A stretch of DNA of 64,000 nucleotides from a virus (lineage: Duplodnaviria > Caudoviricetes): the IMG/VR virus record IMGVR_UViG_3300044645_001661; one strand, given 5' to 3'. This document shows positions 34,203 to 45,950 of this stretch, in pieces. Each line of letters starts with the position of its first letter. Position 1 is the stretch's first letter. The position numbers and the translations under genes are program-made. Below the pieces are notes generated by a model. It was given only the letters and a program-made list of their open reading frames with translations. It was not told where the DNA came from and ran no database searches.

Positions 34203-35786
34203 ATGTCTGCAATTATAACTGATCAATTGAGAATTAAAAATGCTAGATCATTTATAAATGAAATTAGATCTAGTGATAATTCATATTATACATTTATTGG
34301 TCTACCTAATGCGTCGGAAATAAGTTCTACTTGGGATTCATATCCACCACCACCAAAAGATAGTTTTAATGAACAAAATGACTATTGGGATAGTGTCATA
34401 GCATTAAAAAAAATTGGGGTCGATGATGTAAGGCCCGTTGTTAGAAGAATCCCTTGGGTTTCTGCTACAATTTATGATATGTATCGTCACGATATAACAA
34501 GAACTAATCTTTCTAGACCATCGAATAAAACTAGTTTATATTCTTCAAATTTTTATGTAGTTAATAGTGAATATAGAGTTTATATTTGTTTAAATAACGG
34601 AGTAGATCCAGAAAATCCAAATGGAAGACCTTCATTGGATGAGCCAAAATTTACAGATTTGGAACCAAGATCTGCTGGTATTAGTGGTGATGGTTATATT
34701 TGGAAATACTTATTTACAATTAGTCCAAGTGATGTAATTAAATTTGATTCTATTAATTTTATACCATTACCAGTAGACTGGGAATCAAATAGCGATTATG
34801 CTTCAGTAAGAAATAATGCTTTAAGTAGTGGTCAAATAAAAATTGCTACTATTACTAATAGAGGATTTTTAGTTGGACCCCCAAATACTACATATTCTAG
34901 AGTTCCTATAAAGGGAGATGGATTTGGTGCAGAAGCAACAATAGTAGTAAATAATGATTCTAAGGTAGAATCAATTACTATTACTAATGGTGGAACTGGA
35001 TATACTTATGGATCAGTTGATTTAATTGGTGGCAATGTTCCATTAGGCAATACTACTCCAACATTTGATGTCATTATTCCACCGAATAATGGCCATGGTT
35101 ATGATGTTTATAAAGAACTTGGATCTACAAATGTTTTAATCTATTCTAGAATAGAAAATAATGATCAAAATCCAGATTTTGTTACTGGAACTAAAATTGC
35201 TAGAATTGGTATAGTAGAAAATCCAAATTCATTTGAATCAAATACTATTTTATCTGACGATAGAGCCAGTAGTGTTTATGCTTTAATGTTAAAGGGATTA
35301 AGTCCAAACACTGATGACTATAAAATAACAACTTTTCAACCTAACGCTGTTATAACTCAAACAATTGGAACTGGTGTAACTGCTGTTGGAAAAGTTATAT
35401 CTTACGACCAAGCAACTGGTGTTTTGAGATATTGGCAAGATAGATCTATGGTTGGATTTAATACTGATGGAACCCAAAATCAGTCTCCAAGATATGGATT
35501 TCAAATAAATCGTTTTACTGCAAATGTTTCTGGTTCTGGGTCATTAAGAATTGTTGGTGGCAATAAAGATTTGTATATAGATTCTGGATTTGGATCAGAA
35601 AACAATCCTGGTATAAGTACTGTCATAAATAATAAAACATATTATTTGGGTCAAACTTTTATTGATGGGATATCAAATCCAGAGGTTCAAAAATATTCTG
35701 GAAATATTCTTTATGTTGACAATAGACCTTCCATAACAAGATCTATAAACCAAAGAGAAGATATTAAAGTAGTGTTGCAATTCTAA
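34203..35786 (+). CDS. g8: baseplate wedge subunit gp8
   Basis: IITDQLRIKNA...YDMYRHD...VYICLNNG...DGYIWKYLFTI...EDIKVVLQF. Confidence 0.93.
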   Translation: MSAIITDQLRIKNARSFINEIRSSDNSYYTFIGLPNASEISSTWDSYPPPPKDSFNEQNDYWDSVIALKKIGVDDVRPVVRRIPWVSATIYDMYRHDITRTNLSRPSNKTSLYSSNFYVVNSEYRVYICLNNGVDPENPNGRPSLDEPKFTDLEPRSAGISGDGYIWKYLFTISPSDVIKFDSINFIPLPVDWESNSDYASVRNNALSSGQIKIATITNRGFLVGPPNTTYSRVPIKGDGFGAEATIVVNNDSKVESITITNGGTGYTYGSVDLIGGNVPLGNTTPTFDVIIPPNNGHGYDVYKELGSTNVLIYSRIENNDQNPDFVTGTKIARIGIVENPNSFESNTILSDDRASSVYALMLKGLSPNTDDYKITTFQPNAVITQTIGTGVTAVGKVISYDQATGVLRYWQDRSMVGFNTDGTQNQSPRYGFQINRFTANVSGSGSLRIVGGNKDLYIDSGFGSENNPGISTVINNKTYYLGQTFIDGISNPEVQKYSGNILYVDNRPSITRSINQREDIKVVLQF

Positions 35787-35792
35787 CAGACC

Positions 35793-38700
35793 ATGCCAAA
35801 AGAAACTAATTTAAATGTATCTCCATATTTTGATGATTTTGATTTAGAAAAACAATATTATCAAGTTCTTTTTAAACCAGGATTACCTGTACAGGCAAGA
35901 GAATTAACATCTTTACAATCAGTATTACAAAATCAGATTGAACAGGTAGGTAATCATTTATTTAAAGAAGGGTCTGTTGTAATACCTGGTCAAATTAACT
36001 ATAATAATACTCTCTTTGCGGTAGAAGTTGAGTCGGAATATCTTGGTATTCCTTTTGCTAGTTATGCACAGCAATTACTAGGAAAAATAATAAAGGGTGA
36101 AAATTCTAACGTAAACGCAAAAATAATTTTAATATTAGGACCAGAATTTTCAGATAGAGGTTATCATACAATTTACATAAATTATCTCAGTGCTGGAACT
36201 GATGAAAAGCAGTCATTTGATAATGGAGAAACATTATTACTACAAGAAAATTTAGTATTAAATAATTTAAATTTCCAATCTGGTCAAGGATTTGCTATTG
36301 CTGCACCTACAGATTGTACTAGCACTGGATCTGCTGTATTTTTGTCAGAAGGAATTTATTTTCTTAGAGGTTCTTTCGTTAAAGTTAATGAACAAGTATT
36401 AGTATTAGATCCCCATGCAAACAATCCTTCATATAGAGTTGGATTTGAAATCTTAGAAGAAGTAGTAACCTCTTCACAAGATCAATCGCTGAATGATAAT
36501 GCTAAAGGATTTAATAACTATGCTGCACCAGGAGCAGATAGATTAAAGATAACGGCAACTTTAGCAAAAAAACCTTTAGATTCAGAGAAAAACGAAAATT
36601 TCATAGAAATTTTAATAGTAAGAAACGGATTTGTTTCTCATATTAATGAAACACCAGAATATAATGTAATAGTAGATGAACTTGCAAGAAGAACATTTGA
36701 TCAGTCTGGGGATTTTTATGTAAAACCATTTTCAATAGTTTCTAGAGAATCTTTAAATGATGGAAAAGGTAATAATGGTATTTTTAATTCCAATCAATTA
36801 ACTTATGGAAGTTTAACACCTAGTTCGAATTTAGGTGTTTATAAAATATCACCAGGAAAAGCATTTATTAAAGGTTACGAAGTAAACGTAAAAGGAGTTA
36901 CTTTTTTAGACTTTGAAAAAACAAGAACTACAAAAACTTTAGAAAATCAAAAAATAAACTTTATTACTGGACCAACTTTAACTTTAAATAGAGTTTTTGG
37001 AGCACCAAAGATTGGTTTTGGAACTGATACTACAATTAGTTTAAGAGATAGAAGGATAGGTGCTGCACATTCAATCTCTTCAGGTAAAGAGATTGGAGTT
37101 GCTAGAGTATATGATTATGCTTTAGAATCTGGTTCATATTCTTCAATTGATCAAAATTTAAATGAATGGGATATTGCACTTTATGATATACAAACTTATA
37201 CTGAAATTACATTAAATGAACCAATAACATTATCAACACCAACTTTCATTGAAGGAAAATCTAGTGGTGCTACCGCATATTTAAGATATAACACCACTAC
37301 TGGAATTGTAACTGCATATAATGGACAAGGTAACTTCATTTTTGGTGAAAAATTAGTATTTAATGGATTAGAGGGTAATAGAGTTGCAACCGCAATTACT
37401 GCGTATAGTATTGATGATGTAAAATCTTTATATTCTTTGGTTGGTTCTGGTGTAACTTTTAATTCTGATGTTAAACCACAATTAAAAGCTTCATATGGTC
37501 AAGTTATAATAACACCAAAATCTGGTACTGCACCAGGAATTTGTACAGTAACATCAAATGACTTGGTATTTTTAAATGTCGTGAAACCTGGAGACTTGGT
37601 TTCATTTACAAACCCAGGAATTAATAATTCACAATTAAAAACTTTTGCTAGAATTGAAAGTGTAATTGATGATTATAATATAATAATCTCTGGAATTACT
37701 ACAGTATCCAATATTTGTGATGGTGGATTACCAACATCCCAAATTACTCCTGTAGATTTTTCTATTTTAAAATCCAAATTCCAATCATCATCTGATAATA
37801 CATTATATACACCATTACCAAAAAAGTGGATATCTAATGTTAGTCTCACAAATTCTAATTTAACAATTAGAAAAGAATTTAATGTAACTATTACAGCAAA
37901 TACAACTAATACTATTCAAGCAGATGAGGACGAATTCTTCTTACCATTTGATGAAGAAAGATATGTTTTAGTTAATTCTTCTGGATATATTGAGCCATTG
38001 ACTCCAGATAAATTCAGATACACTAATGGAAATAGAGAAATTAGAATTTTTGGATTAAATGGTGTTGGATCAGCAAGACTAATAGCAACATTAGAAAAAA
38101 TAAACATCAAAAATAAAGTAAAAAATGTAAATAGAGTAAACTCTATAATTATTGATAAATCTAAATTTGCACAATCTGGAATTGGATCCACTACTTTAAA
38201 TGATGGTTTATCATATGGAAGTTATGGATATGGTCTACGTGTACAAGATAAAGAATTGTGCCTTTTAGTTCCAGATGTAACTAAAGTTTATGGTATTTTT
38301 GAATCATCTGATACTACAAATCCAAAGTTACCAAGAATATCATTATTCAATCTAAATGGTCCAACTGGAAGAGTTGATGACTTAATAGTTGGTGAAGAAT
38401 TTATTGGAAAGGAAAGTGGTGCTATTGGTATTTTTGTAAGTAAGTTTGATAGTTTAAACTTAGAATTCATTTATTTAAATGAATTAAGATTTAAATTAAA
38501 TGAATCAGTAGAGTTTAAAGAAACCAAAATTAGTGGTGTTATTAATGCATTTTTTGATGGAGACTCAAATATTACAAACCGTTATCTATTAGATAGTGGA
38601 CAAAAAGAAACTATTTGTGATTATTCAAAACTAATTAGACTTGCTGATAATAAAGAACCAAAGAAAAAAATAAGAATTATATTCGAATCTTCACAATATT

Positions 38701-41700
38701 CTTCTTCTGACAGTGGAGATTTAACCACAGTATCTTCATATGATCAAATTAATTATTGCGACTTGCCTCTTATTAATAATAATACTAGACTGACTGATAT
38801 TTTAGATATTCGTCCAAGAGTATTACCTTTTAATCCTTCTTCTAGTACTTCACCATTTGAATTTTTTGGTAGAACTTTTTCGGAAGCAAATAATTCATCT
38901 AAAAATATAATAGCATCAGATGAATCAATTACATTAACATATTCATTCTATCTACCAAGAATAGATAAAATTTATCTAAACAAAAATAGAAAGTTTCAAT
39001 TGATTAATGGAATTCCTTCAGAAAATCCATTACCTCCAATTCCAATTGATGATTCATTAGAAGTTGCTACCATAAATCTACCACCATATATCTGCAATGC
39101 CAACTCTCTAGATATATCATTAAAGCAGCATAAGCGTTATAGAATGCAAGATGTTGCTCAACTTGAAGATAGAATTAGAAATCTAGAATATTATACTGCA
39201 CTATCATTATTAGAAACAAATACTGAAAACTTATTTGTTCCAGATAGAAATGGATTGTCTAGATTTAAGTCTGGAATTTTTGTAGATAATTTCTCTACTA
39301 GAAATTCTCAGGTAAAAATAGGACCAGTAAAAAATAGTATAGACCCAGAAAATTTAGAGTTAAGACCATCACCTTTTACTACAGAAATTGATTTACAATT
39401 AGGGTCTAAGTCGTTAATTGGAATTGGAACTACAGCATCTCCAATTGCAGATACAAAATTTGTAAATGATTTAGTTGGTAATAATGTAAGAAGAACAGGT
39501 CAATTACTCACAATTGATTATGACGAAGTTGTAGAAATAAAACAACCTTTTGCAACAAGAGTTGAAAATGTAGTGCCTTATTTGGTGACTTCTTATAGAG
39601 GAACTATTGAATTATTCCCATCATCAGATATTTGGATAGACCAGGTAAGATTAGAACCACAAAGATTAGAACTGGATCTGTATACAGAATCTAGAGAAGA
39701 ATTAATACATTCTGGATTTGACCCACAAACAGGTTTAACCCCAGTAACTTGGGATGCTTGGGAAGCTACTTGGACTGGCAGTACATCAACTATTCAAAAC
39801 GCCGCAAACTTTGTAGGATCATCATCCCAACAAATTGGAAGAACAATAACTACAACAAATACATTCCAAAATGTTCAAACAACTACTGTAACAAGAACAG
39901 GTACTGAGACTAGATCTGGAACACAATTAAAGTTATCAGAACAAGTTGATGTTGTTAATGAAGGTGATAGAGTTGTTAGCACCTCAGTTATCCCATTCAT
40001 GAGGTCAAGAAACATTGAATTTACTGGTAAATCATTTAAACCTTTTACAAGAATATACACATTTTTTGATGGTGTAGATGTAAATAAGTTTGTTTTACCA
40101 AAACTTATTGAAATTCAAATGGTGACTGGCAAATTTAATGTCGGTGAACTTATAACTGGTAGAATGTCAACTGGATCTGAAACTGAAATCAATAGTTCTA
40201 CTCCATTTATTACATTTAGAGTTGCAAAATCAAATCATAAGTATGGTCCTATTGCAAATCCATTAGATACCTTTACAGTAAGTCCATATAATCAATCATA
40301 TACAATTCCAGAAGAATATTCTAGTTCTTCAATTTTACTTAATGTTGATACTGCTTCATTATCAGATATGACGCAAGGTTTGTATAGAGGATTTATACAA
40401 ACAGGTATGAGATTAAGGGGAGAACAAGGTGAAGCTATTGTAACAAATGTTCGTTTGTTTACTGATAATGTAGGTACAATTATTGGTTCATTCTTTATTC
40501 CAAACCCAAATATCATATCAAATCCATCTTTTGAAACTGGAATTAAGTTATTTAAACTAACAAGTAGTTCCACAAACAGTTCTGTTGGTGGAGTAGTTAG
40601 AACTGATGGAGAAGAGCAGTATTTTGCTCAAGGTACGATTAATAATCAACAAGAAACTATTAGAACAACTAGAAAACCCAGATTTGATGAAGAAACAGTA
40701 AGTGAATCTAGGGGTGCTACAGATGTTCAAACTAGCACTGCTGTATCCACATTTACAACTGTTACTACTATAACACTACCTCCACCTCCTCCACCCGCCC
40801 CACCATGGGGAGGAGACCCACTGGGGCAATCATTCTTTATTACTAATAGTACAGGAGTTTTTGTAACAGCACTAGATGTATTCTTCAATACTAAAGACGA
40901 TACTCTTCCAGTAACAGTTCAACTTAGACCTGTTGTTAATGGAGTTCCTTCTACAGACATATATCCTTTTAGTGAAGTTGTTATTGAAGCTAAAGATGTT
41001 ATTACATCTTCAGATGCATCATTACCAACTAAAGTAATATTCCCATCACCGATTTATTTAAATCCTAATTCAGAAAATGCTATTGTATTATTGTCACAAT
41101 CTTATGAATATACTGCATGGATTTCCAGAATGGGTGAAATTGATATCGGAACATTATCTCAACCAGAATCTAGACAAGTTTTAGTTTCTGCTCAACCAAT
41201 GCTTGGATCTCTATTCAAGTCTCAAAACGGATCTACTTGGACACCAAGCCAATATGAAGACTTGAAATTTAATTTATACTCTGCAAGATTTAAAGGACAA
41301 AATGGATCTATAACATTTTATAATCCAGACTTGTCAGAGGGTAATGCACAAATTGCAAAACTTTTAAAAGATTCTTTAGAATTTAATTCTAGAAAAATAA
41401 TTGTAACTTTAAATGATACTGTAGATGTTTCTGCAGTAGATTTAGGAAATACTGTAATACAATTGAACAACACCGCTACAGCAAATTATGTTGGTGCTGG
41501 TGGTTCTGCTTCTGGAAATCTTAAAATTGTCAATGCTGGTATAGGATATACCCCATCAAATGGATCATCATTTACATTTACAAATGTTCCATTAGTTTCT
41601 TCTACTGGAACTGGAAAAAATGCTACGGCAAATATTACAATTGGAACTGTTAGTGGTCTTAGTGGTGTTGCAATTGCTGCAACTATTTCAAATGGAGGAT

Positions 41701-43301
41701 CTGGATATCAAATTGGTGACATCTTAACTGCAGAGCAAATTGGAACACAATCTCTTGGTAGAAATTTACAATTATCACTGACAAATATTTCAGGAATAAA
41801 TGAATTAATTCTGGATCAAGTCCAAGGAGAGTTTAAAGTTAATGGTGCCATGCCAATTCAGTATGTTGATAGTGTTGCTGGAATTACAACTATATTAACA
41901 ACTTCTAGTTCAAATGCATTAATAACTGATGTTGAATTGTATTCTCTAGAGACTGATGGACTGCATATTAAAGTGAATCATAAAAATCATGGTATGCATT
42001 CTGAAATTAATAGGGTTCAAATTAGTAATATTGATACAGATATAATCCCAACAACATTAACTACAGACTATACAAATTCAGAAACTGGTAGTATTAGTAT
42101 TGCAAGCACAGTATCATTTACTACTTTTGAGAATGTTTCTGTTGCATCAACAAATCCTGGATATGTTTTAATCGATAATGAAGTAATTTCTTACACTGGT
42201 GTTGGTAATGGTCAATTAATAGGAATAACTAGAGGTATTGATCAGACAAGATCTTATAATTATTCATCAGGTTCAATAGTTAAAAAATATGAATTAAATG
42301 GAGTTTCATTAAGAAGAGTCAACAAAACTCATGATTTACAAGATGCTCTTGTTCAAAGACCAGTAGGATTAGATTATTATTATATTAAACTCGACATGTC
42401 TTCAAATGGAACTGATAGAAATAGTGGTTCTGGATTTGAAAAATTATATATTAATGACACCAAATCAACAGGAGGTAACTCTATAAGTGCTTCCCAAAAT
42501 ATACAATATGAAATAGCAAGACCAATAGTTCAAACATTAGTTTTATCTGAAACTAACATTCGTTCTTCCATTAAAACTACAACTGGAACTAGTATTGATG
42601 GTGGTGAAGTATCATTTATTGAATCCGAAATACTTCCATTAAATATATCAGAAAATACTTATTTTGATACTCCACGAATAGTAGCATCGAAGGTCAATGA
42701 ACTGGATAAATTAAATAGTTTACCAGGAAATAAATCATTAAGTGTAACTTTCAACCTATCAACTTTAAATAATACTGTTTCACCAGTAATCGATTTAGAT
42801 AGAGTTGGATTAATTTTAACAACAAATAGAGTAAATAATGCCATTGATGATTATATTAATGATAGTAGAACTTCTTCAATATTAGAAGATCCAACGGCAT
42901 TTATTTACACCAATAAACTAATTGGTCTTGAAAATTCTGCATCCTCTATTAAAATTTTATTATCTGGTTATGTAAATGTCTTTAGTGAAATTAGAGCATT
43001 CTACACTATTTCAAATACATTACAATCCAATCCAATTTACTATCCTTTCCCAGGATATAATAATTTGGACGTAAATGGAAACGTAATTGATATCTTTAAC
43101 AGTGATGGATTACCTAATAAATTAGTACCTAAAACAGATGTACTTGGATTTGGTAGTCGTGAAATAGTCTTTAAAGATTATGAATTCTTTATTGATGATT
43201 TACCAGAATTTAGATATTTTGGTATAAAGTTAATAGGAACGTCTACTAATCAGGCACATCCTCCAAGAATAAAAGACTTACGTGTAATTGCTTTAGCTTA
43301 A
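35793..43301 (+). CDS. large virion structural protein (DUF4815/VrlC-like), 2502 aa
   Basis: NLNVSPYFDDF...LFKPGLPVQARELT; RFKSGIFVDNF; DPLGQSF; PRIKDLRVIALA. Confidence 0.85.
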   Translation: MPKETNLNVSPYFDDFDLEKQYYQVLFKPGLPVQARELTSLQSVLQNQIEQVGNHLFKEGSVVIPGQINYNNTLFAVEVESEYLGIPFASYAQQLLGKIIKGENSNVNAKIILILGPEFSDRGYHTIYINYLSAGTDEKQSFDNGETLLLQENLVLNNLNFQSGQGFAIAAPTDCTSTGSAVFLSEGIYFLRGSFVKVNEQVLVLDPHANNPSYRVGFEILEEVVTSSQDQSLNDNAKGFNNYAAPGADRLKITATLAKKPLDSEKNENFIEILIVRNGFVSHINETPEYNVIVDELARRTFDQSGDFYVKPFSIVSRESLNDGKGNNGIFNSNQLTYGSLTPSSNLGVYKISPGKAFIKGYEVNVKGVTFLDFEKTRTTKTLENQKINFITGPTLTLNRVFGAPKIGFGTDTTISLRDRRIGAAHSISSGKEIGVARVYDYALESGSYSSIDQNLNEWDIALYDIQTYTEITLNEPITLSTPTFIEGKSSGATAYLRYNTTTGIVTAYNGQGNFIFGEKLVFNGLEGNRVATAITAYSIDDVKSLYSLVGSGVTFNSDVKPQLKASYGQVIITPKSGTAPGICTVTSNDLVFLNVVKPGDLVSFTNPGINNSQLKTFARIESVIDDYNIIISGITTVSNICDGGLPTSQITPVDFSILKSKFQSSSDNTLYTPLPKKWISNVSLTNSNLTIRKEFNVTITANTTNTIQADEDEFFLPFDEERYVLVNSSGYIEPLTPDKFRYTNGNREIRIFGLNGVGSARLIATLEKINIKNKVKNVNRVNSIIIDKSKFAQSGIGSTTLNDGLSYGSYGYGLRVQDKELCLLVPDVTKVYGIFESSDTTNPKLPRISLFNLNGPTGRVDDLIVGEEFIGKESGAIGIFVSKFDSLNLEFIYLNELRFKLNESVEFKETKISGVINAFFDGDSNITNRYLLDSGQKETICDYSKLIRLADNKEPKKKIRIIFESSQYSSSDSGDLTTVSSYDQINYCDLPLINNNTRLTDILDIRPRVLPFNPSSSTSPFEFFGRTFSEANNSSKNIIASDESITLTYSFYLPRIDKIYLNKNRKFQLINGIPSENPLPPIPIDDSLEVATINLPPYICNANSLDISLKQHKRYRMQDVAQLEDRIRNLEYYTALSLLETNTENLFVPDRNGLSRFKSGIFVDNFSTRNSQVKIGPVKNSIDPENLELRPSPFTTEIDLQLGSKSLIGIGTTASPIADTKFVNDLVGNNVRRTGQLLTIDYDEVVEIKQPFATRVENVVPYLVTSYRGTIELFPSSDIWIDQVRLEPQRLELDLYTESREELIHSGFDPQTGLTPVTWDAWEATWTGSTSTIQNAANFVGSSSQQIGRTITTTNTFQNVQTTTVTRTGTETRSGTQLKLSEQVDVVNEGDRVVSTSVIPFMRSRNIEFTGKSFKPFTRIYTFFDGVDVNKFVLPKLIEIQMVTGKFNVGELITGRMSTGSETEINSSTPFITFRVAKSNHKYGPIANPLDTFTVSPYNQSYTIPEEYSSSSILLNVDTASLSDMTQGLYRGFIQTGMRLRGEQGEAIVTNVRLFTDNVGTIIGSFFIPNPNIISNPSFETGIKLFKLTSSSTNSSVGGVVRTDGEEQYFAQGTINNQQETIRTTRKPRFDEETVSESRGATDVQTSTAVSTFTTVTTITLPPPPPPAPPWGGDPLGQSFFITNSTGVFVTALDVFFNTKDDTLPVTVQLRPVVNGVPSTDIYPFSEVVIEAKDVITSSDASLPTKVIFPSPIYLNPNSENAIVLLSQSYEYTAWISRMGEIDIGTLSQPESRQVLVSAQPMLGSLFKSQNGSTWTPSQYEDLKFNLYSARFKGQNGSITFYNPDLSEGNAQIAKLLKDSLEFNSRKIIVTLNDTVDVSAVDLGNTVIQLNNTATANYVGAGGSASGNLKIVNAGIGYTPSNGSSFTFTNVPLVSSTGTGKNATANITIGTVSGLSGVAIAATISNGGSGYQIGDILTAEQIGTQSLGRNLQLSLTNISGINELILDQVQGEFKVNGAMPIQYVDSVAGITTILTTSSSNALITDVELYSLETDGLHIKVNHKNHGMHSEINRVQISNIDTDIIPTTLTTDYTNSETGSISIASTVSFTTFENVSVASTNPGYVLIDNEVISYTGVGNGQLIGITRGIDQTRSYNYSSGSIVKKYELNGVSLRRVNKTHDLQDALVQRPVGLDYYYIKLDMSSNGTDRNSGSGFEKLYINDTKSTGGNSISASQNIQYEIARPIVQTLVLSETNIRSSIKTTTGTSIDGGEVSFIESEILPLNISENTYFDTPRIVASKVNELDKLNSLPGNKSLSVTFNLSTLNNTVSPVIDLDRVGLILTTNRVNNAIDDYINDSRTSSILEDPTAFIYTNKLIGLENSASSIKILLSGYVNVFSEIRAFYTISNTLQSNPIYYPFPGYNNLDVNGNVIDIFNSDGLPNKLVPKTDVLGFGSREIVFKDYEFFIDDLPEFRYFGIKLIGTSTNQAHPPRIKDLRVIALA

Positions 43302-43302
43302 A

Positions 43303-43533
43303 ATGAACAATCACTATTTAAAAGTTGAAGGTCATAATCATTTAGTTAGAGATGTGCAATCAAATGCCATAATAAACACAAATAAAGAAGGTTATCAATC
43401 CTACAAGTCTTTAAAAAATTCAAAAGAACGTGAGAAATGTAGGATTGATAACATTGAAAATGATTTAAATAGTCTAAAGTCAGATTTAGATGAAATTAAA
43501 TCATTATTGAGGGCAATTGCAAATGGATCCTGA
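43303..43533 (+). CDS. small conserved protein with C-terminal coiled coil
   Basis: LKVEGHNHLVRD..SNAIINTN; ORF track. Confidence 0.8.
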   Translation: MNNHYLKVEGHNHLVRDVQSNAIINTNKEGYQSYKSLKNSKEREKCRIDNIENDLNSLKSDLDEIKSLLRAIANGS

Positions 43534-43696
43534 CAAAATTTTTTTAACAGATTTTAACAAATCTTTTGAATATGAGAAAATATCTAGAGATATAGATAAT
43601 ATAGATGATATTGAGTATTTAAAAAAACTTGCAAAATCATATATTAAATTATACTTTCAACAACAAGAAGTTATAGTAAATTTGGGGCAGTTGTAA
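43523..43696 (+). CDS. 57-aa helical-hairpin protein, possibly NblA-like; not in ORF track
   Basis: read from sequence; fills the gap up to g13. Confidence 0.7.
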   Translation: MDPDKIFLTDFNKSFEYEKISRDIDNIDDIEYLKKLAKSYIKLYFQQQEVIVNLGQL

Positions 43697-43697
43697 A

Positions 43698-44537
43698 ATG
43701 GCACAACCAGCATCACGACAACAATTAATAGATTATTGCAAGAGAAAACTTGGTTACCCAGTTTTAGAAATTAATGTTGCAGATGAGCAAATTGATGATC
43801 TTGTTGATGATGCTATACAATTTTTTCAAGAGAGACATTTTGATGGTGTCTCTCAAATGTATTTAAAATATCAAGTAACCCAGGGAGACATTGATAGAGG
43901 TAGAGCAAAAATGGGTGGAGTTGGTATTGCAACAACTTCAGCAACTACAAATATTGCGGGGACTCCAACAACATTTAATTACTTTGAAAGCAGTAATTAT
44001 TTACAAGTTCCACCATCAATAATTGGAATTAATAAAATTTTCCACTTTGAAGGATCTAATAGTATTTCTAGTGGAATGTTTAGTATAAAATATCAATTAT
44101 TTTTAAATGATATTTACTATTGGGGGTCTACAGAACTTTTAACATATTCAATGGTTAAAAGATATCTTGAAGACATTGACTTTTTATTGACAACTCAAAA
44201 GCAAATAAGATTTAATCAAAGAATGGATAGATTATATCTAGACATTGATTGGGCAAGTTTAAAAGCAGGAGAATTTATAATAATTGATTGTTATAGGGCA
44301 TTAGATCCCAATGATTATAGTAGAGTATGGAATGATTCGTTCTTAAAACCATATTTAACATCACTTATCAAAAAGCAATGGGGTCAAAATTTAATTAAAT
44401 TCCAAGGTGTAAAATTACCAGGTGGAATAGAATTAAATGGAAGACAAATGTATGATGACGCTCAAAGAGAGATTGATGAGATTATGAATAAGATGTCATC
44501 TACATATGAATTACCACCACTAGACATGATCGGGTAA
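43698..44537 (+). CDS. g13: neck protein gp13
   Basis: LIDYCKRKLGYPVLEINV...KKQWGQNLIKF.GVKLPGG. Confidence 0.95.
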   Translation: MAQPASRQQLIDYCKRKLGYPVLEINVADEQIDDLVDDAIQFFQERHFDGVSQMYLKYQVTQGDIDRGRAKMGGVGIATTSATTNIAGTPTTFNYFESSNYLQVPPSIIGINKIFHFEGSNSISSGMFSIKYQLFLNDIYYWGSTELLTYSMVKRYLEDIDFLLTTQKQIRFNQRMDRLYLDIDWASLKAGEFIIIDCYRALDPNDYSRVWNDSFLKPYLTSLIKKQWGQNLIKFQGVKLPGGIELNGRQMYDDAQREIDEIMNKMSSTYELPPLDMIG

Positions 44538-44543
44538 ACCAAA

Positions 44544-45929
44544 ATGGCATTAAATCCATTCTTTCTCCATGGTTCTATAGGTGAAAAAAATCTTATTCAA
44601 GATTTGGTAAATGAACAATTAAGAATGTACGGTGTTGAAATTTATTATATACCGAGAAGTTATATTAATGAAAAAACTATTATAGAAGAAGTTTCAAAAT
44701 CTGAGTTTAAATATGCAGTTCCATTAGAAGCATATGTGGAAACTTATGAAGGATATAGTGGAGCTGGAACATTACTTTCAAAATTCGGAGTTCAAGAATT
44801 AGATGATCTTACGTTAACAATATCAAAAGAAAGATATGAATTGGCAGTAAAACCATTAATTCATGATAAAGAAAGTATGAAGTTGACGGATAGACCAAAA
44901 GAAGGTGATTTAATTTATTTTCCTCTTGGTGATAGATTATTTGAAATAAAATATGTTGAACACGAAAAACCATTTTATCAACTTCAAGGCAGTTATACTT
45001 ACGAATTGCGTTGTGAACTATTTGCATATAATAATGAATTGGTAGATACCAATATAGATTTTATTGATGATAATGTTGAATCAGAAGGTTATAATTTATT
45101 TTATCAAATGGTTGGATTTGGATCTACTGCATCCGCTATAACTTCTACAATTAATGGTGGAGTTACAAGAGTTAATTTATTAAATAGAGGATCTGGATAT
45201 ACTAATGTACCTTCAGTAGGATTTTCATCAGCACCAAATAATGGGTTAACTGCTGTTGGAATTGCATCTATGATTTCTGGTATTATAGATTTTTGTGAAC
45301 CAAATCCAGATTTATCTAGAGTACAAGCAGTTAATATTGTAAATCCTGGATATGGATATACAGTTGCTCCTCAAGTCTCATTTATTGGTGGTGGTGGATC
45401 TGGTGCTAGAGCAACATCAGTAATTGGAAATGGTGTAGTTGGAATAATTACCATAATGAATGGTGGATCTGGATATTTAAACCCACCAACTGTTACTTTT
45501 ACTGGAATTTCTACAATACAAGCATCAGCAAAAGCAGTTATAAATTCTAGTGGAACAGTAACACAAATTCTAATAACCAATGGTGGTTTAGGATATCAAT
45601 CAACACCAACAATTACAATTTCATCCCCAGAAAGTATAGTTGGATACGGAACATATATATTTAATGAGATTGTAGTTGGAAGTTCTAGTAGTATTACTGC
45701 CAGAGTAAAATCTTGGAATGGTATAACTAAAATTTTAGAATTATCTAAAATTACTGGATCATTTAATTCTGGTGAAAATTTAGTTGGGCAAGAATCTGGT
45801 GCAACATACAGAATTAAGTCACTAAATACTGATAATAGCAATGATGGATTTGCTCAAAATCAAGTTATTCAAGACGAAGCAAATCAAATAATAGATTTTA
45901 GTGAATCAAATCCATTTGGAACCCCATAA
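44544..45929 (+). CDS. g14: neck protein gp14 with inserted GSGY-repeat region
   Basis: MALNPFF...RPKEGDLIYFPL...FEIKYVEHEKPFYQL. Confidence 0.93.
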   Translation: MALNPFFLHGSIGEKNLIQDLVNEQLRMYGVEIYYIPRSYINEKTIIEEVSKSEFKYAVPLEAYVETYEGYSGAGTLLSKFGVQELDDLTLTISKERYELAVKPLIHDKESMKLTDRPKEGDLIYFPLGDRLFEIKYVEHEKPFYQLQGSYTYELRCELFAYNNELVDTNIDFIDDNVESEGYNLFYQMVGFGSTASAITSTINGGVTRVNLLNRGSGYTNVPSVGFSSAPNNGLTAVGIASMISGIIDFCEPNPDLSRVQAVNIVNPGYGYTVAPQVSFIGGGGSGARATSVIGNGVVGIITIMNGGSGYLNPPTVTFTGISTIQASAKAVINSSGTVTQILITNGGLGYQSTPTITISSPESIVGYGTYIFNEIVVGSSSSITARVKSWNGITKILELSKITGSFNSGENLVGQESGATYRIKSLNTDNSNDGFAQNQVIQDEANQIIDFSESNPFGTP

Positions 45930-45950
45930 TAAAATTTTTAAATTTCCAAT

